Assembly: GCA_964016885.1 (NCBI GenBank)
Contig: OZ024751.1
Span: 496,001-560,000, forward strand
From: Eledone cirrhosa
Taxonomy: Eukaryota
Reading direction: 5' to 3'
Length of the DNA stretch: 64,000 nt
Position 1 is the first letter of the stretch, and each line of letters starts with the position of its first letter. The notes under the pieces are model-generated. The model was not told the DNA's origin, did not search any database, and was given only the letters and a program-made list of their open reading frames with translations. The position numbers and the translations under genes are program-made. Positions 50,894 to 64,000 of the stretch are shown here, one piece after another.

Positions 50894-52625
50894 GCTGCAT
50901 TTATCTTGCTTTATGTTCATACGAGTTATCACCAAGTCACAACCAGTGACCTCAAGAGACAACAAGGTCCGCCATGTTCAAGAAAGAACATACATACTCA
51001 CATATGCATCTTTAGGTGTTTAGACTTGTGATGTACTTATATTGACAGAATCTTCCTTAGTATATGGGCAGTTCCCATTAGTACTATCTTTTGTATTTCT
51101 CCTATACGCGGGTTTCCTGGGATTTGCGATAAGTAATCATTAGACCCCTTAGGTATCATTCCTAGAGCGCCTACAACCACTGGTATTGTTTTAGTTCTCA
51201 ATTTCCACATTTTTCCAATTTCTATCTCCAGGTCCTTATACTTGCTCAATTTTTCAAATGTTTTTATAGATACATTCTTGTCTATTGGAACGGACATATC
51301 AATTAGCAGGCATACCCTCTTTTTAAAGTCCTTCAATATTATATCAGGTCTATTTGCATCTATTTTTCGGTCTGTTTGGATGCTAAAGTTCCACAAGATT
51401 GAGATGTGATCTTTTTCAAGTATGGGAGGTGGTTGATGCTCCCACCAATTCTTTTGATGGGGCAGGTCAAAATGCTTACACATTATCCAATGTATGTATT
51501 GTGCAGCTCTGTCATGCCTGTTTAGGTATTCGGTTGGAGCTATAGGACTGCACATTGAAATTATATGGTCAATGGTCTCTGGTTGTTTTTTACATACACG
51601 GCATAATGGGCTGCATCCATTTTTTATTATGTTGGCTTGATATAATCAGTCCTTCTGTCTCCGATTTCAGTCCAGAGGATGCCAACCACTGATGGGTTAA
51701 AGTTTTGTCAACATCAGGATTGTTAGCTCGTTCTGGGTATTTTTCATACAGAGGCTTTTCTTGCCATTTCTTAGCCAGATTCTGTAGCAGTTCTTTCTTT
51801 GCAGTTACTTTTACCTGCTTTGCTTTTTCTGTGTTTTCCATTTCAGCAGTAAATGGGACCTCTGGAATGTGTAGTCCATTACTGTATCTTTGTGCATCTT
51901 TTGTAATGGAGTATGATCTTTTGATGCTTTCGTGTTTCAAAACGAGTTTGATCATCCAATCACGTGATTCCCTTAGATATGTAGATAATCCAATTGTTGC
52001 AGTTTTCAACGCAATGTCTAACTGGATTAACCCACGTCCTCCTTCTTTCATAGGGAGATATATTCTATCTGTATCTGCCTTAGGGTGATGCATTCTGTGC
52101 ATGGTTAAGAATTTTCGAAAATTTGTATCGAGCCAACGGATCTCTGTGCTTGACCAGTTGATGACATTGTAACTGTAGGTTACTACTGGTATGACAAGCG
52201 TGTTTATGGCATCGATCCTATTCCTTGCATTCAATTCTGTTCTTAAGATTGCTCTTACTCTGCGGTAACATTCCTTCCTTATCCTTTCCCTCATTGTCGA
52301 GTGCTTGATTCCGTCTCCTTCACACCTAGATATTTGTAAGTTTCCTCTTGATCAAATTCTCTTATCACATTTCTCCGATCAAGATTAATGTCTGAACTCT
52401 TCAGCAGCTTTCCTCTGGTGAACGTTGTTTTGGTGCATTTATCTACTCCAAACTCTATTTTAATGTCATCACTGAACTGCTCCACAGTGGATAATAGCCC
52501 TTGCAATTGTTCATCATTTTTTGCAAATAGTTTCAGGTCATCCAATGTAGAACAAGTGATTAATGGTTTTGTCATAGACTTTATATCCATGTTTTGTTTC
52601 ATTGAGCATTTTACTTAATGGTATA
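50894..52625 (-). mobile_element. R4/Dong-clade non-LTR retrotransposon, 5'-truncated copy A
   Basis: DDLKLFA, YKYLG, GGRGL, RHD, RPDI, LIDMSVP, KLSKY (RLE); both ends abut (TAA)n. Confidence 0.9.
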
Positions 52626-52644
52626 CGTTTATTATTATTATTAC

Positions 52645-55277
52645 AGTTGCATTTATCTTGCTTTATGTTCATACGAGTTATCACCAAGTCACAACCAGTG
52701 ACCTCAAGAGACAACAAGGTCCGCCATGTTCAAAAAAGAACATACATACTCACACATGCATCTTTAGTGTCTAGACTTGTGATGTACTTATATTGACAGA
52801 ATCTTCCTTAGTATATGGGCAGTTCCCATTAGTACTATCTTTTGTATTTCTCCTATACGCGGGTTTCCTGGGATTTGCGATAAGTAATCATTAGACCCCT
52901 TAGGTATCATTCCCAGAGCGCCTACAACCACTGGTATTGTTTTAGTTCTCAATTTCCACATTTTTCCAATTTCTATCTCCAGGTCCTTATACTTGCTCAA
53001 TTTTTTAAATGTTTTTATAGATACATTCTTGTCTATTGGAACGGACATATCAATTAGCAGGCATACCCTCTTTTTAAAGTCCTTCAATATTATATCAGGT
53101 CTATTTGCATCTATTTTTCGGTCTGTTTGGATGCTAAAGTTCCACAAGATTGAGATGTGATCTTTTTCAAGTATGGGAGGTGGTTGATGCTCCCACCAAT
53201 TCTTTTGATGGGGCAGGTCAAAATGCTTACACATTATCCAATGTATGTATTGTGCAGCTCTGTCATGCCTGTTTAGGTATTCGGTTGGAGCTATAGGACT
53301 GCACATTGAAATTATATGGTCAATGGTCTCTGCTTGTTTTTTGCATACACGGCATAATGGGCTGCATCCATTTTTTATTATGTTGGCTTGGTAATTTTTT
53401 GTTGGCAGACACTGATCTTGTGCTGATATAATCAGTCCTTCAGTCTCCGATTTCAGTCCAGAGGATGCCAACCACCGATGGGTTAAAGTTTTGTCAACAT
53501 CAGGATTGTTAGCTCGTTCTGGGTATTTTTCCTACAGAGGCTTTTCTTGCCATTTCTTAGCCAGATTCTGTAGCAGTTCTTTCTTTGCAGTTACTTTTAC
53601 CTGCTTTGCTTTTTCTGTGTTTTCCATTTCAGCAGTAAATGGGACCTCTGGAATGTGTAGTCCATTACTGTATCTTTGTGCATCTTTTGTAATGGAGTAT
53701 GATCTTTTGATGCTTTCGTGTTTCAAAACGAGTTTGATCATCCAATCACGTGATTCCCTTAGATATGTAGATAATCCAATTGTTGCAGTTTTCAACGCAA
53801 TGTCTAACTGGATTAACCCACGTCCTCCTTCTTTCCTAGGGGGATATATTCTATCTGTATCTGCCTTAGGGTGATGCATTCTGTGCATGGTTAAGAATTT
53901 TCGAATTTTTGTATCGAGCCTACGGATCTCTGTGCTTGACCAGTTGATGACATTGTAACTGTAGGTTACTACTGGTATGGCAAGCGTGTTTATGGCATCG
54001 ATCCTATTCCTTGCATTCAATTCCGTTCTTAAGATTGCTCTTACTCTGCGGTAACATTCCTTCCTTATCCTTTCCCTCATTGTCGAGTGCTTGATTCCGT
54101 CTCCTTCACAAACACCTAGATATTTGTAAGTTTTTTCTTGATCAAGTTCTCTTATCACATTCCCCCGATCAAGATTAATGTTTGAACTCTTCAGCAGCTT
54201 TCCTCTGGTGAATGTTGCTTTGGCGCATTTATCTAGTGCAAACTCCATTTTAATGTCATCACTGAACTGCTCCACAGTGGATAATAGCCCTTGCAATTGT
54301 TCATCATTTTTTGCAAATAGTTTCAGGTCATCCAATGTAGAACAAGTGATTAATGGTTTTGTCATAGACTTTATATCCATGTTTTATTTCATTGAGCATT
54401 TTACTTAATGGTATAAGTGCGATGCAGAATAAAAGCGGTGATAAAGAGTCACCCTGAAAAATTCCACAATTAATATTAACTTCTCCAGATGCCAGTAATT
54501 TTGTTTCACTATTCAAAAGGAGTGTCGTTTTCCATGTCTTCATACTGAATGACAAAAACCTCCTGACAACGGGGAATATTTTGAAAATCTCTAAACATTT
54601 TTCAATCCAACTGTGTGGCAAACTATCGAATGCTTTTTTATAATCTATCCAAGCAATTGATAGATTTTTGTGTCTATTATGACAATCTTCCAGTATCATT
54701 TTGTTAACCAAAAGCTGATCCTTACAGCCATATGAGCCTCGTTTACACCCTTTCTGCTCAATGGGAAATAGGTCATTTGTTATCAGGTGGTCATATGTAT
54801 ATTCAGTTAGGACTGATGTTAAAATGTTATACATTGTGGTCAAGCAAGTTATCGGTCTGTAATTTTTGGGATTGTTTGTCTCATCATTCTTCGGAAGCAG
54901 GAATGTAATGCCGTTAACTAGCCATGATGGTATCTTTTCTGGCTCCTTAACTATTTCATTGTAAAGTTGGGCTAACAGCTCATGAGACTCTGTGAAGGCA
55001 TTTATCCAAAAATGTTGTATTTTGTCTTTTCCTGGGGATTTCCATTTGCTAGTTTTTCTTAGAGCCAAGCGCAACTGTTCAACTGTTATATTTTCCCATA
55101 TTTGTTCTTCAAGGTGAGCTGTATCTTTCATTTGTCTGTCTATCCATGGGGCATGTATGTTATGAACTTTTTCTTCGGCCCAGATCTTTTCCCAGAATTC
55201 TTGCACTTCCTCCTTGGGTGGTATTGATTTAGCAGTTATTGTTGACTTACCAATTTTTCTGTAGAAGTTTCTTTGGT
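52645..55277 (-). mobile_element. R4/Dong-clade non-LTR retrotransposon, 5'-truncated copy B
   Basis: WKSPGKD, YRPITCL, EQKGC..GS.GCKDQL, WIDYKKAFDSLPHSW, GIFQGDSLSPL, CRVC..ETIDHI..C, RLE motifs; flanked by (TAA)n. Confidence 0.92.
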
Positions 55278-55291
55278 ATTATTATTATTAT

Positions 55292-55391
55292 TTGCATTTA
55301 TCTTGCTTTATGTTCATACGAGTTATCACCAAGTCACAACCAGTGACCTCAAGAGACAACAAGGTCCGCCATGTTCAAGAAAGAACATACA

Positions 55392-55392
<1 letters not shown>
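55292..55392 (-). mobile_element. R4/Dong 3'-terminal 100-bp fragment, copy C
   Basis: Same 3' UTR as copies A and B, between two (ATT)n tracts. Confidence 0.9.
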
Positions 55393-55422
<30 letters not shown>

Positions 55423-58400
55423 GGCGACCTACGTAGTAAATCGTATCATCGTGAGCTCCGTAAAGGTTTGTTATTTCCGTTTGTTAAAAATTGCCATTTA
55501 TGGAAAATTTTATTGTTAACTGTTTATAAGCACACATACATTGTTTTCCGAAAAGGACACCCAAAAAGATTGGGGCCTTGTGCCCAAAATTTTAACTTTT
55601 ATTATTATCAAAAAATTTCTTTGAAAAAAAAATGGCTAATTCACCTCTGCAACAAGCAGCTGAAAGCCTTCCTCACAAATTAACACCTCACACCGACACC
55701 ACCATTGTAAATGTTACTACGTTTGCCAACACAAAAAAAAATATAAGCAGTAGCAATATTTTAAATTTGTCTCAGGCAGACATTCATTTCCCGCCATTAC
55801 CAATGACTGCAGGTGTTAAAGCCTCCACCACCACCACCACCACCACCACCACCGCGACAACCACCTCCCCCACCACCACTGCGACAACAGAAACAAAAGA
55901 AGAAAAAAATAAATTAACTCCTGATGTCGAAATGAAATCAAGCAAAATGGACTCTTCCGCACCAAAGACGACTGACGTCACCACCACCACAACTGAAACT
56001 AAAATTAATATTAACACAAATAACGATAGCAACAACAACAACAACAATGACATTATAAAACCGACCCTCAGTTTCGCCATAGTAGCAAAACAATTCGAAG
56101 CATTCACGGTAACTCAAGAGAATTTAGAAAATGCCAAACAAATGGTAAAGAAAGATGGGTACAGGGTCAGCCTCACCCCCCACCTAATAAAATGGAGCAT
56201 CGGCGCCTATGCACCGTGTCGTATAGAACAATAAATGTAAAATCGCGCCGAGTGGAACGGGCATCCGAGTCCCAAATCCAAAAAGCTTTGGGACATGTGT
56301 GGGCAAGAAAAACCCAAATCAGACGTGGGAAAAAGTATGGAACCGTGGATGTGTTCTTTGAAACACCAGAGGAGGCTAGAGAACACTCCATGGCCCCATT
56401 AAAAAGTGACGACTTCACACTCGTCCCAAGCTATTGTGGCCAGAGACTCGTAAAGATCAGGGTGACCCACGTTCCACCGGCCATCGAAATTCCCTGGCTA
56501 ATAGCGGCTGTCCTCGCCGGCATCGAAGCCAACACGAAAATAATAGCAATAGCAAAAGAAAAGCAGGAAAACTGGTCCGGATCTGGGATGGAGCTCCTGA
56601 TCCAAGCGGACCAAAAAAGCATTGAGGAGATCCCAGAGGTAATAGACCTCACTGACGGCAGCCACCTCACGGTAATTGTCGAAGGCAGAAGACCTAGGTG
56701 TGTCGTTTGTGGTGAAGGAACCCACCTAAGGGCTTTCTGCCCTCAGGCTAAAAGGTTGAGGCCACCTCTCCTACCCACCCCAGTGACACAACCATCAACA
56801 CCACCAGTAGCAGAGATGGCAGCAACAACTGTAGCAGCAACAACAGAAGCAACTATAACAGCAACAACCCCAGCAACAGTAGCAAAACCAACACCACTAC
56901 CACCACCAGCAAAACCAACACCACCACCACCCAACGCTTCAGAACTAGCACCAGCGCCTACACCATCCACCACACCACAACCAAAACTAACGGCTGTGGA
57001 GGATTTTCCACTCCCCGGCCTATCACAACTGGAGACAGATTGTGACGACGAGGAGTGGGAAACGATATCCGGAAAAAAAAAAGAAACCAAAAAAGAAAAA
57101 ATTCTCTTCCTTCCCCCTCCAAAAACAAAATACAGAGGGAAACAAATAAATTAAGAAACAAAAAAGTTAGGACAGATATGCCACCATCCACACCAGCATC
57201 ACCAACCCCATCAACCCAAACACCAACACCATCACCATCATTAACCCCAGCACCACCATCACCTACACCACAAAAGTCACCAAAATGCGAAACAGAAACA
57301 AACCCTCAACAAACGCAAACAAAACAAAACAACCAAAACGATACACACTACACAGCATTAAATTTGAACAACAAGCAATTATTACACTACATCCAACACA
57401 ACACCAGCATCACAGAAAAAGACTACACAACAACCCCAAAATTCACACCACCTCCACACATACAAATCACTCGCATCACACAGAAAACGTACATGACACT
57501 AAAACAAAAATTCCCCAAAGACATCGGAGACTTCCGACAAGCACTCTCCAGGAGGATTTATAAGGACATCCTTCCCGAGGAGGCCACAAGCAGTGAAAAG
57601 GATGGAAAAACCGTCCTTCCCCTACGAGAAGTAAGGTAAGTGGTCTTTCCCATCTTTTCCACTCCTTTTCAACATGACCTCACTCAGAATAGGCAGCATA
57701 AATGCGCGTGGCTTGGGGTCGTCATGGAAGCAGGGCCACCTGCTCAACGACCTCAGGTCACTAAACATAGATGTAGTGGCCATCAGCGAGACCAGAATCT
57801 CCGAAGCACAGGCTTTCGCACCGATCTTCGGCGGCTACGATGTGTACGCAACTCCCAGCCGTCCGGGATCGGGGGGAGGAGTTGCTGTGCTTTTTCGGAG
57901 AGGTTTGGAACTTCCCATACGGGCCATCTTCCTGGACCCAGAAGGTAAGTTGGTGGTGCTGGACGTGACCAGCGGAGACGGGCAAGCTTTCAGGTTAGTG
58001 GCCGTCTATGCCCCGACAGGAGCAGGGCGGCCTGATTTCTTCCGGCGTCTGGAGACCTTTCTTGGAACGTCCCGCTTTTTAGTGTTAGTGGGCGACTGGA
58101 ACGGGATCTTAGATGCACGCTGGGATTGTGTGGGATTAGTGGATAGGGAAGGAGGGTGCAAGAGTCTCACCAACCTGCTCAGACGTTTTGAACTGTCTGA
58201 CAGGTACCGAATGGATTTCCCGAATGTACCAATGTGGACTTGGACAAATCGTATAGGGTCATCCAGATCATATCTAGATAGAGTATTTTGTAGGGAAATA
58301 GATAGTTCTAGCATAGGCTGTCCACAATTCAAGATAGTCAGCTACACGGACCACAAATTCGTGATCTGTGTGCTTGACTTAGATAGGCTTCATAGACAAG

Positions 58401-61338
58401 GACCCGGCTACTGGAAGCTAAACGCGTCCTTACCAGCGCGCAAGGCCTACAGAGACCGGATTAGCGAACTAGTTAAGCGGGCGTTGACGGGGGCCATCGT
58501 CAACAACAAGTGGTGGTTTGCTCTGAAAAGAGCAATTAGAATAGAGTCCATTAGGTTTAGTAAGACTTTAGCAATAGAGAAAAATAGAGCAGAGGGAGAA
58601 TTAGTTAGAAAATTAGATGAGGCGCTTAGCAAAGGCATCGCGACCGACGTACTTGCGGCGAAATTGGCCCTTGACCAATTCTTCAATGCAAAGCACGAAG
58701 GCTGCGTTGTCAGAGCTAGGGTGCGTGCTCTCAGACACGAGGGGACGAAAGCCGTTCAATGGGCCCGAGTGGCGGAGGCGCGTCGTGGCAACAAAGCCAC
58801 GATCCGGTCTTTGGTGGACCACGACGGGCGCATGCTACTCGATCCCGGGCAAATGTGTGAAGCTTTTCAGCGACACTTCGCTCAACTGTTCGGGGGCAGT
58901 CGCGGGCCGGATCGAGGGATGGACTTTAGTGTCTACCTCGACGGACTGCCGCGGCTTTCGGCCACTGAGGCGGAGTGTTGCGAAAAGCCGATAACAACCG
59001 CTGAAGTACGGGATGCAATGACTAGTTGCACAAGGGGTAAATCGCCTGGTTTGGATGGTCTGCCCTATGAACTTTACGTACAAATGCCAAACTTGTTCGG
59101 AGGCCTCTTGGCGGACGTCTACTGCAACTGGCAACAGAACGGGAGAATTGCCAGCTCTGTGAGCCGAGGAGCGGTGGCGCTGCTGAGAAAGGATCCGAAC
59201 AAGGGGGATAACATAGATAATTTTAGGCCCATAACTCTGCTAAACACAGAGTTCAAGATTTTGGCCAAGGTGCTAGCAAAGAGGTTGGCGCTTGTCGTTG
59301 GTGGTCTGGTGGGAGAGGCACAGACATGCGCCATTCCCGACAGATCCATCCACGACAACCTCCACCTCATGCGATACATCGTAGAGAGGGTAGCTAGGGA
59401 ACCTGGCACGGGTGGGTCTTTGATCAATTTAGATCAGTCGAAAGCCTTCGATAGGGTCGACCATCGTTACCTAGCGGCAGTCCTGAGGGCGGCTGGCTTT
59501 GGGCCCGTCTTCAGAGGCTGGATCACTGCCATGCACAGCGACATCTGCTCTGTAGTGAGAGTGAACGGTCACCTTTCGGAACCGTTCACCATCATGCGCT
59601 CGGTCCGCCAAGGATGTCCCCTCTCGTCCCTATTGTACGTATTGACTCTCGAGCCATTACTGCACAAACTGGAGACGTTGAGGGGGGTCCCGCGCGAACT
59701 AGGATGCGGAAGATCCATGTCAGCATATGCCGACGATGTCACCGTAGTGGTGTCGAACGCCAAACACATCGAGGCGATCGGCACTACACTAAGAGAATAC
59801 GAAGCGGTGACAGGAACAATGATCAACCAGGAAAAGTCAGTGGGCCTGTAGCTCGGCACCTGGAGAGGCAGGTCCATGCCGTCCAACAGCGTCGTTGGGC
59901 GCTGGACGGACGGACCGGTTAAATTGCTAGGGGTCTGGTTCGGTCCAGACCTCCAGACGGACAAAAACTGGGACGAGGTGACGAGCAGGGTGGCTTCTCT
60001 CACCCAGAAATGGGCCGAGAGGAAGCTATCCCTGAAAGGTCGAGCGGAGGTGGCGAATGCGTACATCGCATCCGTCATCTACTACCGCCTGACCGTCGTA
60101 CCTTGTCCTAAGCCCCGCCTGACTGCGCTGGAGCGTTTGCTCTTTCGCTTCTTGTGGAAGGGACGCGCTCCGATGGTCAGGCGGTCCATCTGCTGTCAAC
60201 ACCCGCTACGTGGAGGGCTGGGCATGCCGTGGCTGATGATGCGCAGACACGCGCTCAGGCTACGACATCTCCACCTCTTCCTCGACGGTGATCAGGTGTG
60301 GTCGCCGTTTGCTAGACACGTTTTTCCCCAGCTCGTCTCCTTGACGTAGCTGCAGTCCTGGGTCAAGCGAAGACCGAGAGGGAGCGCTTGGAGACTGGAA
60401 TGTCTTCAGGCGCTCACAGCCCTAGACCAATCGGGCAATGTGATCGGTGGAAACTCCACCTTGGCGTTTCTATAGGGGATTAGTGGAGGGGAAGAGCGAC
60501 GACGTACTTGGAGAAACTCTAGGCGTCGACGAAAATCAACTAGCCAATCTCTTCGGAAGGACTTTCGGGCCGGGGCCTATGGACAACTTCCAGAAATCCC
60601 TGGCCTGGCAGTGCTACCGAGGAGCTTTGCCAGTTCGGGATAAACTCTACAGGCATGGAGGTGCCGTCAGCCGGGCATGTCCGAGATGCGCGCAGGGCGA
60701 CGAAACCGTCCTGCACGCACTCGTCCAGTGTCCGAGCATTGCTGACTTGTGGGTTTATATGTCGAACACCTGCTGTCACGTGTAGGACGGATCCAGCTAT
60801 CAGCTGAGTCCATCGTGAGGATTGCCCCGCCCCCTTCCTTTAGCCGGGAAGGGCAGGCAGTTTTTATCTGTCTGGTGGCCATGGCGAAAGAGATAGTATG
60901 GTGGACACGTTTGAAAGGGCTGAAGACGAGCACTTACCTCTTCGGTGATGCCCTGATTAACTTTTTCAAATTTCATTTGAAAAGGAAAATCAGGGTAGAG
61001 AGGGAAGTGCTCTCTTCCCAGCATTTTGTTGAAAGATGGGTGAGAGAAGCAAGTATGGCCCGAATGAATGGGCCTTCTCTGAGTATGTGTCTGTAAATTA
61101 AAGGTGGAAAACTGGGAGAGGGCACTTGCCCTGGTGGTCAGGGCCACTGTGGTCTTTTAATGGGCTTTCTCCACAAATGTCCCTCGGAAGTCTCCCCCCT
61201 ATTGGGGAATTTTTCTTTGTTATTTTATTTCAACCTCCGTTTTTTTACACGCAGAAATGCCCATTTGTACCGTCCTGTATTGTCCTGTACTGTCCTTAAT
61301 GTCTACTTTATGGGAACCCTTGTGGTTAATAAAGAAAA

Positions 61339-61339
<1 letters not shown>
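55423..61339 (+). mobile_element. Apparently full-length L1/Tx1-clade LINE (ORF1 + ORF2, few disablements) inserted in (ATT)n
   Basis: ORF1 pieces 55632-57639 with CCHC knuckle CVVCGEGTHLRAFC. ORF2 57674-61096 with APE, RT (AYADD) and CPRC..ETVLHALVQC; (ATT)n on both sides. Confidence 0.93.
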
Positions 61340-61390
<51 letters not shown>

Positions 61391-61559
61391 TGCATGTATA
61401 TATATATTTACATGTATATATATACTTGTATATATGTAGGAGGTGAGTAATATTGTAGAACAATAAAACTATGCATATATCAGATAAGTAGCACCCAACA
61501 GTTGGTAGAACTGGAGTATATAAAGAAGAAATTAAAAGATGGTAAAAAAAGTTCCATAT

Positions 61560-61627
61560 ATTTTATTATGCGCATTTCGAAAACAACATCATCCTGGGAC
61601 AAAAATTGTGTTCTCATCAGATAAAAT
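61560..61627 (-). ncRNA. Type-I hammerhead (diverged relative of 28671 family)
   Basis: Minus: ATTTTAT-CTGATGA-Gaacacaat..gttgttttC-GAAA-TGCGCA-TA-ATAAAAT; helix II closing pair G-C where the relative has A-T. Confidence 0.85.
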
Positions 61628-61826
61628 AAGGTAACATGATATGAGGCCTAAAAACACTTGTGAACAAGAAAGTGTCTAAACTTAACGGTCCTTTTCAGTT
61701 TTAACGTTATCCTCATTAGCATATTTATATCCTGAGTTTTGAAAAATTATATTCACTATCCTCAATGAACTTATAACATGAAGTTCACATGAAGATATGT
61801 CACTATCTTTACACCAATTATTGTCC

Positions 61827-61881
61827 TTTATCTGACGAAAGCGTACTAAAACATTAGTACCCTTGAAATACGTTTAATAAA
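61827..61881 (+). ncRNA. Type-I hammerhead (relative of 16230 family)
   Basis: TTTAT-CTGACGA-aagcgtactaa..ttagtaccctt-GAAA-TACGTT-TA-ATAAA. Confidence 0.7.
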
Positions 61882-62272
61882 ATAAATATGGTTTTATAAA
61901 GATATTTTCTATTTATTAATATTATTGACATATATAGGGTGGTGGATTGGCAGTATCCATAGAGTCGGACACAATGCTTTGAAGCATAGAGTTACGTCCC
62001 TTTATGATCTGAGTTCAAATCCCGCCGAGGTTAACTTTGCCTTTCATCCTTACGGGGTCGATAAAATAAAGTACCAGTAATGCACTGGGTTTTTGCTGGC
62101 CTTGTACCAAAAGTAGAAACAAATATATATATATAAATGGTCATTAGCAGACCGAGTTGCCATCACTTTGAGGGCGACAGGCCGAGGTGAAGACAGCTAG
62201 TTGGTCAGTCGTCCTCTCTGTCTCTGATTTTTCGGACCCATGGTTTTTACATATTCCTTTGTTATATTTCAA

Positions 62273-62330
62273 ATACCTGATGATATCACCGGATTCCTAT
62301 GGAACCCGGTCATTGAAATGATCATAGTAT
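62273..62330 (+). ncRNA. Type-I hammerhead
   Basis: ATAC-CTGATGA-tatcaccgg..ccggtcatt-GAAA-TGATCA-TA-GTAT. Confidence 0.75.
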
Positions 62331-63122
62331 AATAAACCTTTCAAGGATTTACACCAGTCCAGCCTCCTGTTATTTTATTTATATATATATATATATGTAC
62401 TTATAATGCACACACATTATATATCTCTCTCTATATATAAACAACTCCATCCAATACTGAGGTGTTTTTTTTAAAGCATTCTAAAAAATGTCAGCAGTCA
62501 TATTAAAAATGGCGTCGTATTATATTTCATTTGGTAAAAAGAAAGAAGGAATACTTAATAAGGACAACAAATTAACTATATATGTGTAAAAGAATGGAGT
62601 TTTGTTAGTGAAAACAATTTACAAGAGACAATGCGTGTGTGAATATGAAAATTAAGAAAAAGAAATATGTATGAGATATAGACAGTTGATTACTAAAATC
62701 ACCACTAAACTCTTTTATAACAGTAAGATTAGCCCAGTCCTACCGTAACAAGTGGTGAGACAGTTTAACAGCCAACAACATGGAATAATAGAGAGTGAGA
62801 GAGAGACAGATAGTGATAGAGGCAAAGAAAGAGAGTGAGTGAGTGACAGAGACAGCGAGAAAGAGTGATAGAGGTAGAGGGAGCGAGAGGGAGTGACAGA
62901 GACAGAGAGAAACAGTGTGAGAGAGAAACACAGATAATGATAGAGGCAGAGATAGAGAGAAAGATAGAGATAGTGATAGAGGTAGAGTGAGAGAGTGAAT
63001 GATAGAGACAGTGAGAAACCGAGAGTCGCAGACACACGCTTGTAGTGCGTATGCGTACGATATTGGCCATTCTGATTCTCGCATCGTAGGAGGAATTGTC
63101 TATTGTACACTTTATATATATA

Positions 63123-63377
63123 CTAGCAAAACGGCCCGGCGTTGCTCGGGATTCTAAACAGAGTTTGGCATGTTTATCCCGCCTTTCTGAAACAGTACAG
63201 AGAAGTACGGAATACCTCGGCCTCGGGATGGTGTCTACATTTTGTGCTTATAAAAACAATTTGTCGTAGATTACCAGGGTTTTCTTCCGTGCGAAGAAAA
63301 TCAATACTTTATCGCAAAATAAATACTTTTGTTTATATTTTGTTAATGTTATGCAAAAATATCTGTACACGAATATA

Positions 63378-63385
<8 letters not shown>
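63123..63385 (-). mobile_element. Helitron 3' end / short non-autonomous Helitron
   Basis: Minus: CCCGAGCAACGCCGGG..TTGCTAG|T, the same terminus as 31982; 5' end lost in (TA)n. Confidence 0.65.
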
Positions 63386-63454
<69 letters not shown>

Positions 63455-63460
<6 letters not shown>

Positions 63461-64000
63461 ATACTTTGGGAGGGTCATGTTACCAATAAGAAACACACGC
63501 ACCAGTTGCTTTCACTTCAATTTATTATAATAAATTTATAATAAATTTATAAATTTATAAATTTCTGGTTGGTTGGTTGGTTCCACAACCAGATAGTTGT
63601 TTATATATTGTTATAGTTCTTTCGTCACACACTCTGTGACCTCTTCAGTGACTGGCGATTCCTTTCTTTGTTTCTGTGCCTCTCCTTTGTTCTGTCCTAC
63701 GCCATTTTGTTTCTGTGTGTGTGTTGTGTGCTCAGTCTGCGCATGCGCCACATCCGGGTGTCTGTGTGTGTTTATTTTCATTTATTTATTTGTTTATTTA
63801 CATGTTACTGGTTGGTTGTTTGTTCTATGTGTGTGTGTGTTTTCATTTTGTCCTTAATTGTAAGTTGTGATGTTGCTGTTCCACTCATATTTTCTATTTA
63901 GTTTTGGTTGTAATTCTTTTATGTTTATTGCCTCTGTAATTTGTCTAAACATTGCGTCTTTTCTGTGTGTAGATTCTATTTTTATTTCTATGTTCTCTAA
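63455..64000 (-). mobile_element. Neptune-type PLE 3' region (diverged relative of 35480-36170)
   Basis: Shared terminus TTGTTATACTT.GGGAGGGTCAT, TCTGCGCATGCG and the HHR-like half core. Confidence 0.6.

Overview
AT-rich, microsatellite-dense eukaryotic DNA. The repeat repertoire suggests a mollusc, probably a cephalopod such as Octopus (inference only). I can find no confident host gene; almost all interpretable sequence is mobile-element derived. Retroelements: Penelope-like elements (PLEs; Naiad-type and Neptune-type GIY-YIG), two L1/Tx1 LINEs, three R4/Dong copies in (ATT)n, a CRE-like RLE element, RTE fragments and tRNA-derived SINEs. DNA elements: a DD37D/maT transposon, two Chapaev3-type transposons, hAT and TTAA MITEs, and non-autonomous Helitrons. 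More than a dozen type-I hammerhead ribozymes (HHRs) from many families sit in PLE pseudo-LTRs or retrozyme-like repeats. The most striking signal is a ~100-nt RNA motif present in five copies in two divergent, ORF-less tandem-repeat families (33.9-35.3 kb and 42.2-43.1 kb). It contains all hammerhead catalytic nucleotides in a non-circularly permuted order (NUH strand, GAAA strand, CUGAUGA strand). Compensatory changes support three helices, and a consensus kink-turn would make the topology feasible. All structures were derived by eye; none was computed or tested.
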